From contig CM075988.1 of assembly GCA_038087875.1 (NCBI GenBank), positions 15,874,001 to 15,938,000 on the forward strand: a stretch of DNA of 64,000 nt. Reading direction: 5' to 3'. The notes under the pieces are model-generated. The model searched no databases. It was given only the letters and a program-made list of their open reading frames with translations, and was not told where the DNA came from. A program made the position numbers and the translations under genes. Numbering within the stretch: position 1 is the first letter of the stretch; each line of letters begins with the position of its first letter. Shown one piece after another: positions 23,549 to 36,719 of the stretch. This DNA comes from Malacoraja senta. Its lineage: Eukaryota.

Positions 23549-23899
23549 ATGTAACAGTACATGTGTATTCACTGGACATTGTTTAACTCGTGCAAAGATA
23601 TTGGTGATGACTGTTCTTACCTTTACAGAAAAATTCACAAATTCTTTAACAGACTATGAAGTGATCAGATTGCATGCTTTATAATGTAAATACTGTATTG
23701 TTGTGAATTGCAAGATTTGTATCATCATCAGACTTTGTACTGTACAGATATAACTAATGAACTGTTTGAGATGTGCATATGATATGATTTGGTTTTGTTC
23801 CATTGATGTACAACGTGATCATTGTCTGATTGGGCTGTTTAATCACAAAGTCACCTTAATGTGGTCATCAAAATTATAAAACTCAACTGTATGTTTTTA

Positions 23900-26800
23900 A
23901 TTAACTTTACCAGATCTTGGCATCATCACCAAAGTCAGCACTGATTGCCCATCCCCAATGACCATTGAGAAGATGGTGGGTGTGCCACCTTCTTGAATCA
24001 CTGCGGTGTTTCTGGTAATAGTTCTCCCATCGTGCAGTTGGTCAGGGAGTTCCAAGATTAAATCCGGTGAAATGAAGGACCAGCAATACACATCCAAGTT
24101 AAGCTGGTGTGTGATTTGAAGTGGAACCTGCATGGGGTGGGGCGCTTGTGGGCTTGCTGTTGTTGTGCTTTAAGGTTGTATAAGTCTTGGATAGGGAGAT
24201 GCAAGTAGCTGCAGTCAATTTTGCAGATGGTTGGCTCTGTAGCCATTGTGTGTTAACATGGAGGGAATAAATGTGTAAGGTGGCCAGGCGCTAGTAAAAT
24301 GGGATGTTTTGTCGTGGGCAGTGACAAGTTTCTTGCAAGTTGTTATAGACAATAGACAATAGGTGCAGGAGTAGGCCATTCGGCCCTTCGAGCCAGCACC
24401 GCTATTTAACGTGATCATGGCTGATCATCCCCAATGAGTACCCCGTTCCTGCCTTTTCCCGCATATCCCCTGACTCCGCTATCTTTAAGAGCCCTATCCA
24501 GCTCTCTCTTGAAAGCATCCAGAGAACCTGCCTCCACCACCCTCTGAGGCAGAGAATTCCACACACTCACAACTCTCTGTGAGAAAAAGTGTTTCCTCGT
24601 CTCCGTTCTAAATGGCTTACTCCTTATTCTTACACTGTGGCCCCTGGTTCTGGACTCCCCCAACATCGGGAACATGTTTCCTGCCTCCAGCGTGTCCAAA
24701 CCCTTAACAATCTTATATGTTTTAATAAGATTGTTGGTACTACATTTATCCTCCACATTGAAGGTATTCCTTCATGTTCCTGGTTTGTGCCTTGTAGATG
24801 ATGGAAAGATATTGAGGGGTCATGAGCCAAGTAACTGTTTTGATATAATGTGGTTGGTTAGAGACTGGCTGTTATCATGGTGGGTACCTCTGGAGAAACC
24901 ATGATGTGTCACCTATTCAGCATTTCTGGCTGAAAAATACTGTGACTGTTTCATCCTTGTATTTAGCACTCAAATACTGGGTACCACCATCACTGAGGAT
25001 AGAGCCATTTGCAGAGCCTTCTCCTCCATCGGCTGTTTAATTGCCCACCACTGTTCACGACGAGAGACAAGGGATCTGCAGATGATAGAATCTTGATTAA
25101 ATGCCGAGTGCTGGAGGAACTCAGCAAACCAGGCAGCATCTGTGGAGGAAAAGGGAAGATGACATTTCAGGTCGGGATCCCTCTTCAGGCATTCACAACT
25201 AGTTGTGACAGGACTGCAGAACTGTGATCTGATCCAATGGCTGTAAAATATCTTTGTTGTGGGTATTGCATGATGTTTTTGCTGTTTTACATGCATGTAT
25301 CCCTTTATGGAGGGATATGGATCACATTCAAGCAGAGAACATTCATTTAACTTGGCATCATATTGCGGACGTTGTGGGCCAATGGGCCTGTTCCTGTGCT
25401 GCACTGTTCTATGTTCTATCTGATTCAGCTTCGCCAGGCTGGTGCCCCATCTTCGGGTATGCCAGGTGCTGCTTTTCCTGCACACAAATCCTGACATTCC
25501 TAGCTGACAGATAGAATCTACAAGAGGTGGTGCTCACTGCACCCCACGTACAAAGTGCAGATCTATGAAAGCCTTGTACAATGTGCCATATTACACACCT
25601 GGAGCAGAAGACCAAGCGTAACGTACCATCTTCATCGAGAGGACACGCTCCACTGAGTTGTGTGCTGTTACCATTGTGCTAGCCGATGGAGTTTGTGCTG
25701 GAATTGAATTCCACCTCCCGTCCCACACTCTGCTCCTTACTCTGGTCAAGCCAGTGGACCAACCCTGATTTGATAAGGAGTGTAGAGGGACAACAGAAGA
25801 CATACCTAAACAGCCTCGGAGAGCTACAATGCAGAGCAGCAGGCTAAGTGATAGATGAAGCATTTGATCAACGTAGTTTAGCAATTCAACTCAAACACTG
25901 CAGTCCTTTCCCATTAAGCTGCAAATGGGGGTGCATTATTACACAGCTTGTAGGATAAGACAACTTGTGAATCTATCCACCTTCAACAAAGTCTGGGTGC
26001 AGCATTTGAGGGACAAGAAACATTTGCGATCCTCTTCAGCTAGAACTGCCCTGTATGATTATTCTACACCTCCTGATGGGGCCCCCATTATCACAGAAGG
26101 CAGTCTTAAGGCAAATTGATCCATTCCACAAGATATCACGAATGGCTGAAAACACAAGACAAAACAAGGACTTCATTGTAGCCTCGGTCTACAGGAGCTG
26201 AATTCCAGAGGTGAGATGACAATGACAGCCTCTTGACACCAGAGAGCCTTGATAAAACTGTAATCATTAGGAATAAACCGGACAACTCTTCACAACAGAA
26301 ATCACCCCAGGCACAAAGTAAGATGGTTGTCACACACACTATCTCAACTCCCAGGACGTTGCCATTGGAGTTCCTCGGGTAAACGTTAAGAGCCCCATCA
26401 GCTCAGCTGTTTCAACCAATACCCTCTCTTCATCAACAGGCTAGAAACGGAGATGTTTGCCGATTGTGGGACAATATTCCATCCCACAGCTTCTGTGGCT
26501 GTCCGGATATGAAGCAATCCATGACCACGTGCATGAAGACCTAGACACCATTCAGGCATGAGCTGATCAATAGGAAACAACAATAATGCCATCCATGTGC
26601 TAAACAGTGACCATTTCTTACACAAGAACATTTACCCTCGTCTCTATAACATACAACTGTTTTTACTCTTCCACCGTCAAAATTAAATGAAACAGCCACA
26701 TATAAGCTACAACTACAAGTGCAGGTCAGAGACTAGGTACCCTGCAGTGAGTGACCTGACTCCACAAAGCCATCTAGAAGGGGCAAGTCAACAGTATAAT

Positions 26801-26990
26801 GAATATTTTATCTGCCAGGATAAGTATTGCAACAGCAGCATTCAAGCCATTTCTGGGTAGAAATGATTGCTTGACTGATACTCCATCTACTACACTAAAC
26901 ATTCACTTCCTCTGTGTAAGCACACCAACTCAACAATGTCAAAGCATTGCAAGATTCTCTTCGGCATCTCACCACAACAGCTTCAATAAC
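23900..26990. mobile_element. highly decayed old LINE fragments in both orientations (clade not resolved)
   Basis: Segment at 23920-24140 resembles 6190-6450; RT-like remnants near 26300-26600. Confidence 0.45.
24345..24730 (-). mobile_element. CR1 3' fragment
   Basis: TYKIVKGLDTLEAGNMFPMLGESRTRGHS...FFSQRVV; (CTATTGT)n tail. Confidence 0.9.
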
Positions 26991-28979
26991 ACTTGCCAAA
27001 CCCAAGAAAAAAAGGACACTCCATCTCAGCGGGTCAGGCAGCATCACCAGAGAACATGGATAGGGGAAGTGTCGGGTTGGGATCCTTGTTCTGAAGAAAG
27101 GACCTGCCTGAAACGTCACCGATCCATGGTCTCCAGGGATGATGATGATGATACTTTAGTGTCACATGTACACATGCACCTAGGCACAATGAAAATCTTT
27201 GTTTTGTGTACAATCCACTGAAGTTATAATATAGATAAGCACAATCATAGATAAGTACAAAAGTACGATTATAGTGTAATAGTAGACTTCACCGAGATAC
27301 TACACAAAGAGTCATGTCATAAGGAATAGAAGTTAGGCCATTTGGCCCATCAAGTCTACTCCGTCATTCAATCATGGCTGATCTATCTCTCCCTCCTAAC
27401 CCCATTTTCCTGCCTCTCCATAACCTCAGACACCTGGTGCCATCAAAGTTTCAGCGTTCTTGAGAGCACAGTCTTTTCTTGGCCTTAAAGGCCCGTTGTC
27501 GTGGTGGCACTGGTAATCTCCTCCATCCGCCACCACCCTTAAAATGGCCCTTTGTCCGCTATCGCAGTCCTCCTCCCCAGCTCCTGGTCTTCGGGGTTGA
27601 GCAGGAGACGGGCCTCAGATGACTCCAGGTGTATTCCCGTTTCCACGGCCAGGCCTGCTTAGTTTAGTTTAGTTTAGAGATACAGCACGGAAACAGGACC
27701 TTCGGCCCACTGAGTCCTCGCCGAGCAGCGATCCCCATACACTAACTATATCCTACACACACCAGGGTCAATTTATAATTTTACAAAGCCAATTAACTGC
27801 AAACCTGTATGTCTTTGGAGTGTGGGAGGAAACCTGGTGGTGAGGTATGGCTGCTGCCCCATGTGAGCAGCCAGGATGCTGCCTGACCCGCCAAGTTACT
27901 CCAGCACTTTGTATCTTTCTCTGTAAACCGGCATCTGCAGTTCCTTGTTTCTATATCCCAAACCCATGACCTTTACTTCCCAGAAACCCATGGGGAGCAG
28001 GCACTTAGAGACATCAACACCAGCATGTTTCACTCCAAATCAAACACAGTTAAACCTTGAAAATATATTCCCATTCCTTCTTCATCAGAGTAAAAACCCC
28101 AGAACACAAGGACAGCAGCACAAGGAAAGGCAGAGTTTAATAACACTGCACATCTCACCTTTTCAACATCATTTAGGAATGTCCATTAAATGTTTGCCTT
28201 ATCAACAGCACTTGCATCCTGTAAATAATTTCCAAAAATCCTGTGGGCTTTCTGCCTGTGTACAGTAATGTATCCATGAATGTATAATTAAAAGGTCCAT
28301 GTCCCACAATCTTTTGGTTTTTAAACTATCTGCGTGAGATCGCAGTCTCTTTTCCATGCCCATGAGCAGTTGATGTGAAACCAAATCTCATTTATATTGG
28401 ACACTTTCAGCAAGTTGAAAGAGAAGACCCTGGTCCCTGTAGCATGGGCTGGATTGGAGCCAAGATTCCAGATCTGGTGGGTCTTTGAGCTGGTCATTGT
28501 CGACGTCACCCAGTCTTCTGCACTTCCCTCAGTTTGGACATCAATACAAGTTTGAAGCTGGTGAGCCTTGTGCAGTCAAACAGCATTTTAAACCCTTGGA
28601 TCACTAACTCCTGCCCCACAACTGCTGCACACAGTTAGTTTGCTTGTTCATGGTGAGTTCCTTTCACCACCACAAACTGTGAGATCATATTTCTGAAATG
28701 AGCTCCCAGCTCTAACACAAAATGATCATTCATCGGTCCACACATATATATTTGTTTTAAACTGTGACTGGTTTTATTTACAGACCGGTAATGTTTAGTT
28801 CCATATTCTTCAATCCATAGAAATATTTGAAAGACTAAATTTATTTTTAACTGCTTCAGTTAAATCAATAAATCTCTGTGCGTTATTCAGGTATGGACTT
28901 GGTGTGTGATACTGAGATTTGTTTTTAAAATCTCAATTTGATTTTAGCTCTAAGAATCGTTTTCAAAAAAAGGATGTGA

Positions 28980-30180
28980 AATAAGCCAATGGCGACAGAC
29001 CAATAAAGTTTATCTCTATCTTAGCAATGTTTTAGAAACATTAATTAGGGGCAGAATTACCAGTCATTGGACAAGGGTGGATTGATTATTTGTTAAAGGC
29101 AAATCATGGCTAACTTGCTAGAGTTTTCTGATGAAGTAACAGAAATGGTTTATGAGGGAAAGACAGAAGGTGTGGTAAATGTGGACTTTCAACATATATA
29201 GCAGAATGGATAGAAAATCGGACAAGCAAAAAAGAAACAGTAGCAATGAAACGTTTTTCAGAAAGGAGGGAAAGCACAATGAAGCTTCCAAGGGTGGGTA
29301 CCTTAAGACCATTGCTTTATCTTATGTATATAAAGTAGAATCATAGCAAGTGTGAAGATGGAAATAGACTTTAAAGTGATATAGACAGGTTGAACCAGTG
29401 GGACAGATAGGTGGCAGATGAAATTTAATGCTAAGAAATGGAAAATGTTAGATTTCAGCAACAAGAAAGAGAGGATGCAATATAAACTAGAGACCATAAT
29501 TCTGAAGGTTTGTCTTTACAGAACGGGAGATAGATTGACTGTTAAAAGTAGTTAAAATGCCACCAGGATCCTGTGTTTTTTCTCTATATGAGCACAGAGT
29601 ACAAGAGCAAGGAGGTTATTATAAATCTTTATAAAACACTTAAATATGAAAGTGATTGGCAAGAAAAGTGTTAAAAGCGAGTAGCATGTCAGTGGTTAGG
29701 AAGTTATTGACAAAAATTCCAAAGGAATTTTGGAATTCCTTTTTCCTGTTTCTTTTTCCTTGTCCAGTTTTCTATCTATTCTGCTACATTATCTTTTATT
29801 CCATAACCTTCAATGTCAGTGATCAGCCTATCAGGTTTCAACTCATCAAATATATTTCCAAAGGACAGGATTAAAAGGTTATGGGGGATAGAGATAGTCA
29901 TGGACTTTTCCCCCCAAAACATATGCCTCTGGAACATGAGAACACAGGTTGAAAGAGAAGGTGAAGGAATTTAAGAGATCTGAGGGATATATTTTGCACA
30001 CTGAGCAAGTACTGGAGGCAGATATAATTAATTATTATCTTTAAAAGGCATTTGGACAGTTACTTTGTTTAGAAATAAATAGAGGGATAGAGGCTTAATG
30101 CAGGTAAATGAGTTTAGCATAGATAGGCACCCCAGTTGTCATATATGTCCATAGTGCTTGTTCATGTGCTATGATTCTAA
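28980..30180 (+). mobile_element. old decayed CR1 RT and 3' fragments
   Basis: KGKSWLT, WQMKFNAKK and EYKSKEV remnants. Confidence 0.6.
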
Positions 30181-31487
30181 GTATTTAAACATCCTCTTGA
30201 ATTGCAAATGTATTGTAGGCTATGGACTTGATCGTTGGCATGTACAAGATAGGCCGAAGGGTCAGTTTCTGTCTGTGACTCAATGACATGAAGAAAAATT
30301 ATGAGACAAGTAGTTGAGGCTTGGAATACGTTGCCAGAGTACCAGGGAAACATTCAATTACAGAGTTCAAACGGAAGCTGGATAAAAATCTGAAAACTTG
30401 CAGTGCATTGGGAAGAAGACAAGGGATACATTGGTGGATCTGATGGATCAGATTGCCTCATTCCTGCTGTAACCATATCATGATCTGTGGCTTGTGGCAT
30501 GCTCTGCAAATTTGGCTGTATGTGTCAATTTACATATATTTTCAACATCATTCACCACCCTGATTCCTTGTTAAACAAAGATTAAAAGATAGTGTCAATA
30601 AACACAGTGGTGCTGTATTCAGCCTCAGATTGAATTTCAGGGGATCCTCAGATGAATCTCAGGAGAGAACATAGAACAGTACAGCACAAGAACAGGTCCT
30701 TCGGCCCACAACGTCTGTGCCGAACATGATGTCAAGATCAAAGATAGACACAAAATGCTGCAGTAACGCAGCGGATCAGGCAGCATCCCTAGAGAAAAGA
30801 AATAGGTGACGTTCGGGTTGAGATCCTTCTTCAGAGTCTGAAGAAGGATTTTGATCTGAAACATCACCCATTCTTTTTCTTTATAGATACTGCCTGAACG
30901 GCTGATTTACTCCAACATTTTATGTCTATCTTTGGTATAAACCAGCATTTGCGACTCCTTCCTACACATGATGCCAAGACCATTTCTTACCTGTCTGCAC
31001 ACAATCCATATCCTTCCATCCCCTATCTTTTCCAAAATTCTGTTAAATGCCACTATTGTATCAGCCTCAACTACCACTCCTGGCAGCACACTCCAGGTAC
31101 TCACCACACTCTTCTGTGTAAAAAAAAACTTGCCCCACACATCTCCTTTAAACTTGCCCCTCCCAGCTTAAAGCTATACCCTCGGGTATTTGAATTTTCC
31201 ACCCTGGGAAAAAGATTCTGGCTCTCTGCCCTATCTATGCCTCTCAGAATTTTATATACCTCTATCATGGTTGCCGCAACCCCTGGCATTCCAGAGAAAA
31301 CACTCTAAATCTGTCCAACCTCTCACTGTAACTAATGGCTCCTAATCCAGGCATTATTCTGGTAACCCTCCTCTGCAACATTTCTAAAGCCTCCACATCC
31401 TTCCTGTAATGGGGTGATCAGAACTGCACGCAATATTCCATATGCAGCCCAACCAAAGTTCTCTAAAGCTGCACCATGACTTCCTCA

Positions 31488-33127
31488 AGTCAAGTCAAGT
31501 TTATTCGTCACATACACATACGAGATGTGCAGTTAAATGAAACGTGGCAATGCTCGCGGATTGGGCAAAAAAACAAACAAACAAACTACAAACAGAATGG
31601 AAGAATAGAATCACATATTCTTTTACATATTAAATATTGTGGGCGGAAGGAAAAAGGGGAAAAAAACGGGAAAAACAAAAAACAGCAATTTTTTAAAAAC
31701 AGTAGAGTGGTTCAGTAAAGTTAGTCCCTGGTGAGATAGGAGTTTACAGTCCTAATGGCCTCTGGGAAGAAACTCCTTCTCAACCTCTCCGTTCTCACAG
31801 CATGGCAACGGAGGCGTTTGCCTGACCGTAGCAGCTGGAACAGTCCGTTGCTGGGGTGGAAGGGGTCTCCCATGATCTTATTGGAGTTGCACCTTCTAGT
31901 TCCTGCAGGGGGGCGAGTGTAGTTTCCATTGTGCGTTCGGCCGAACGCACTATTCTCTGCAGAGCCTTCTTGTCCTGGGCAGAACAATTCCCAAACCAGA
32001 TTGTAATATTTCCGGACAAGATGCTTTCCACAGCTGCTGAGTAAAAGCACTGGAGGATCTTCGGAGACACTCTGAATTTCCTCAATTGCCTGAGGTGGTA
32101 AAGGCGCTGCCAGGTGTGATGTCCATGTCATATCCTCAGAGATGTGGACTCCCAGGTATTTAAAACAGCTCACCCTATCCACAGTATCCCCATTTATCCT
32201 CAATGGTGTGTACGTCCTCAGATGATGTGCCCTCCTAAAGTCCACGATCATCTCCTTAGTTTTTTTGATGTTCAAGAGGAGGCTGTTGTCCTGACACCAG
32301 AGTGCCAGATGAGCCACCTCCTCCCGGTAGGCCTTCTCATCGTTGTCTGAGATCAGGCCCACCACCACAGTTTCATCAGCAAACTTGATTATCGAGTTGG
32401 AGCTGAACCTGGCCAGACAGTCATGTGTGTACAGGGAGTACAGTAGTGGGCTGAGGACCCAATCCTGGGGGGATCCTGTGCTCAGGGTGAGGGACTTCGA
32501 TATATTCCCTCCCATCTTGACTACCTGGGGCCTGGCGGTGAGAAAGTCCAGGGTCCAGGCACACAGGAGGGTGTTGAGCCCTAATTCCAGTAGCTTCTCG
32601 GCCAGTCTGGTGGGGACTATCGTGTTGAAGGCTGAACTGAAGTCTATGAACAGCATCCTCACGTAGCCCCCCTTCTGGCTGTCAAGATGAGAGATAGCGG
32701 TGTGCAAAACCTGGGAGACCGCATCGTCCGTGGGCCTGTTCGGACGGTATGCGAATTGTAACTGGTCCATGTTGCGAGGGAGGAAGGCGCAGATGTGTTT
32801 CTTCACCAGCCTCTCAAAGCATTTCATGACTACCGAAGAGAGGGCCACTGGACGGTAGTCATTCAGACAGGCTGGGGAGGCATTTTTAGGTACCGGTACA
32901 ATGATGGATTTTTTGAAGCAGGCAGGGACCGCGGACTTGTCCAGGGAGAGGTTGAATATTGTAGTGAACACCGGAGCTAGCTGCGTAGCACAGAACTTAA
33001 GTACTCGCCCCGAGATGCCATCGGGGCCTGCAGCTTTCCTCGTGTTCACCCGTGTCAGAGCCCTCCTCACATCGTGCTCGGAGAATGGGAATGTGAGCAC
33101 ATTCCTCCCTTCAGCTTCGATAGCCAG
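31488..33127 (-). mobile_element. Rex1/Babar LINE, 5'-truncated, inserted in an older CR1 fragment
   Basis: 476-aa [44 protein letters not shown]; (TTGAC)n tail. Confidence 0.92.
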
Positions 33128-33729
33128 CCTCACTCTTATACTTAATGCCACAACCTATGAAAGCAAGCACACCATATGCTTTCATTCTGAGGTCATACGT
33201 AAAGTATCTGTATCAACGATTCTTCAGGCTGGAAGGTCATCAAAATACCAAAGATTTAAGTGCAAACTAGAAACTCACAAGCTTGAAATGAAACTCTATG
33301 TGGACAATCTGAAAAGGGAGTTCACCACGTGTGTCACTTGTGCATGTCTCCTCAACAGCACAGTGCTGCCATCAAGCTTCTTGACCAGACAAACCTGCCT
33401 CACAACGCCAACTTGTTTCCATATAGAATGGGGCAACACATGATGCTGTTCTTGAAATTTGAATGGGACAGCATGGAATATCACAGACAGGGGGTTTTCA
33501 TCTGATTGAACCAATTGCCAACTTCTCTCTTTCTTTGTAATCTGTTCAGGACAAATCCAATATTTAAAATTCTATTCCGGTTATGCAAGAAATGCTAACT
33601 GTCTGTGCTGTGCAGAAGCTGCAATGTTTCAACACGTTTTACTTGCAAAAATGTTTACAGGCATTGAATGATGAGTTACACTCAGTTGACTAGATCAATC
33701 TGTTTCAACTTGTCCACCTGCATCCTTAA

Positions 33730-35226
33730 GGGCCTGACCCAGTTAGGAGACCTCCACCGCGACCTCTGGCGACCTTAAACGACTTTTTAAAAAATCAAGG
33801 TCGCGGTGACCTACGACCTCCTACAACCTTCCACAACTATGTGTGCGACCTCCTACGACTATGTTGAAGACCTCTCTCGACTATGAAGCAAACCTCCTTC
33901 GACCTCCTTCAACTATGTTGAAGACTGGCTTCGACCATGTACGTTTTACTCGAGGATGGTCTCTGGCAAATTGGTCCGTGAATGAGCACGACCCCCTTCC
34001 ACCTCAGAGGACCACACCAGAAACCAACAACGACCAGTGACGAGTGTCTACAGCTCAAATGACCACCTGATAAAATGATGTCATGACTGCATTTTTTTCT
34101 CACTAAAAAATGCCTCCCAGGTTTTTTTTAAATCATTCAGATCCATGCAAGCACGGAAGGAACTAGTTTGGAGGAAGTTATTAAAAATACAACTACTGCT
34201 GTTTGCAGTAGCCCTTTTGCTTCGGCAGCCTTTTAAGAAAGGCAGAAGGGGAAGAGCAAGGGTGAAGAGGAAGCACAAGAAGAGGTCTCAATGGGTGAAT
34301 GGAGATGATGTGATGGACTGTCCCAGTACACCAGATGACTGGAAGAGAGTGGCTTTAACAAAAGATGGAACTTTAAGTACACATGTGGGGCAGTGGATGG
34401 CAAGCATGCCATTCTTGTCCCTGTCCCTGTACCCCTCATTTTCCTTTTCGTACAGGATGGCATTCTGCTGGAACCGTTCCTCAAGGTCCCCCTCCTGCTG
34501 CCTGGTGAAGGTGTAGGGCTTAACCTTCCTCCAGCCCTCCCTCACCACCAATGGGGCATCTGCCGCTGATGCTGTGTCAGACACAGGAGAAAGGGCTGCT
34601 TTGCTGCCTTCAAATGAGGCAGTGAAGGATGGGGTGGTGGTGGGGACATATACTGCCCCCCTGGTCTCCTCCTCCAGGGGTCTCTCATGCAGGGCTACCT
34701 CCTCCTGCACTATCACCTCCTGTGGCATCACCTCCTGCCACTCCTCCTGGGTGGGCAACACCTGCATGGCAGTTTTTTTAAGGGTTGTGCCCTCCCCTGC
34801 GCTGCTGCCTTTTTGGTGCCATCTCTAAAACACGTCTCCTCTCCATAAAACTCTCCAGCTATGAATGAACATGCCTTGGAGTGACAGAGGTGACGTTCTG
34901 CTGTTTAAATAGCCTTTTTTTCTACTGACCTTTTTTTCACCCCGGAGCTATTACCTTTGACTACCTACGAATAGCATCACGACCTACTACGACCGGCTTC
35001 GACTAGACCTACGACTAAAAATATATCGATTTTTCCCGCGGCGACCTATTTTTAGTCGCGGTCAATTTTTAACATTTTGAAAAATACGCCGCGACCTAGC
35101 TGAAGCCTCGACTACGCGGAGACCACTCTCAACCATGAAGGAGAGTGACGAAGACCTCCTACGACCTCGTGGCGACCTATGGGTCGCGGGCAAACTCGCC
35201 AGAGGTCGCCCAAGTGGGACAGCCCC
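33730..35226. mobile_element. PIF/Harbinger DNA transposon, internally deleted
   Basis: 25-bp TIRs match at 20/25 (GGGCCTGACCCAGTTAGGAGACCTC vs GGGGCTGTCCCACTTGGGCGACCTC); TAA and TTG flanks; subterminal CGACC/CGACT arrays; two convergent ORF remnants. Confidence 0.78.
34288..34822 (-). pseudogene. Harbinger MADF/Myb-like DNA-binding protein remnant
   Basis: MAPK start at 34822 with a frameshift; FTRQQEGDLEERFQQNAILYEKENEGYRDRDK resembles the first half of a MADF domain; TATTTAAA upstream at 34904-34911. Confidence 0.6.
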
Positions 35227-35454
35227 TTGCACAAACAATTCCTGCTCGAAAATAAGCAAGATGAAAGAATAGGTTCATGATGCTAGGTGCCTTTGACTCA
35301 GGTGTCTCCTTCCTTGTATGTGAATACTACAAGGCAAATTCCTTGTATGTGAATACTTGGCCAATACACTTATTCATTCATTCATTCATTCATTCATTCA
35401 TTCATTCATTGACTTCTGAACATTACTAACCACTAATCCAGCACCTTCAGGGAG

Positions 35455-35750
35455 GCGGGTGGCACAGTGACACAGCTACCTTACAGCACCAGAGAGTTGG
35501 GTTTGATCCTGACTACGGGTGTTGTCTGAATGGAGTTTATACACTCTCCCTGTGACTGCGTGGGTTTTCTCCAGGTGCTCCGGTTTCCTCCCACGCTCCA
35601 AAGACGTACAGGTTTATAGGTTGACTAGTGTTGGTAAAAAAAAAATTTAATTGTCCCTCGTGTGTGGGATCGTGCTAGTGTACGGGGTGATCACTGGTCA
35701 GTGCGGATTCGGTGGGCTGAAGGACCTGTTTACATGCAGTATCTCTAGTC
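35455..35750 (+). mobile_element. tRNA-derived V-SINE/HE1-like SINE
   Basis: GGTGGCACAGTG...GGTTTGATCC head; GGAGTTT...CCCTGTGACTGCGTGGGTTTTCTCC core. Confidence 0.78.
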
Positions 35751-36719
35751 TAAAAATCGAATGTCCTTAAAATGGACTGTTATTCAGAAGAATATTGCAT
35801 TATTCTGCAATTTAAGTGCATTAAGTGGAATAATGCTGCCACATTTCTGAGAATATAGGAAAATTAGTATAGGGACAGCTGAATTGAAGAATGCAACAAT
35901 ACACAATGATAAAGTGAGTGAGTAAAATTCTGGGTATCATTTCCAGAGAAATAAACTACATGAGCAGGCAATGAATGTACATTTCAATTTATATCAGGAT
36001 GCACTCTTATCCATACTGCTAAAAGATTATTTTGACATTGCATAAAGTGCTGGAAAGATTTATGAGGACGCTAATAAAATGGAGATGATGCGGCTATCAG
36101 GAAAGACTGACTGGGCTGGGGCTTCCGTAAAAAGATAAAGAGGAAAAACGATTGGGATTTCTTCGGTTACTGAGGAACTTCCAAGGGGGCAATTGAGAGA
36201 AAAGAACATCTGTTCAGAAACAAGGGGTATAAATGTAAGTGAGTAACATGCCAAATTGGAGGAATTCTTTACATTAACAATGTGATTGTAATTTTGGTAC
36301 AGAGAACTTTGATGTACAAGAGGAAGTTTCTGCGCACAGGAGTTATAATGAAAGATATTGTGGCAAATACATTTGTTTAAGAACAAACTGCAGATGCTGG
36401 AAAATCGAAGGTAGACAAAAATGCTGGAGAAACTCAGCGGGTGAGGCAGCATCTATGGGGCGAAGGAAATAGGCAACTTTTCGGGTCAAGACCCTTCAGA
36501 CTGATGTGAGGGTGGGGGGGGGGGGTGGTGCGTGAAGAAGAAAGGAAGAGGTGGAGACAGTGGGCTGACTGTGACAAATACCTTTTTTATTTTGTCTCAC
36601 AGATGAACTCTAACCAGAGAAAACAAAGATTTACGTGTTAGAACAATATAGAACAGATAAAATAATACTATACAGGAACAGGCAGTTTGGCCCACAATGT
36701 TTGTGCCAAACATTATGCC

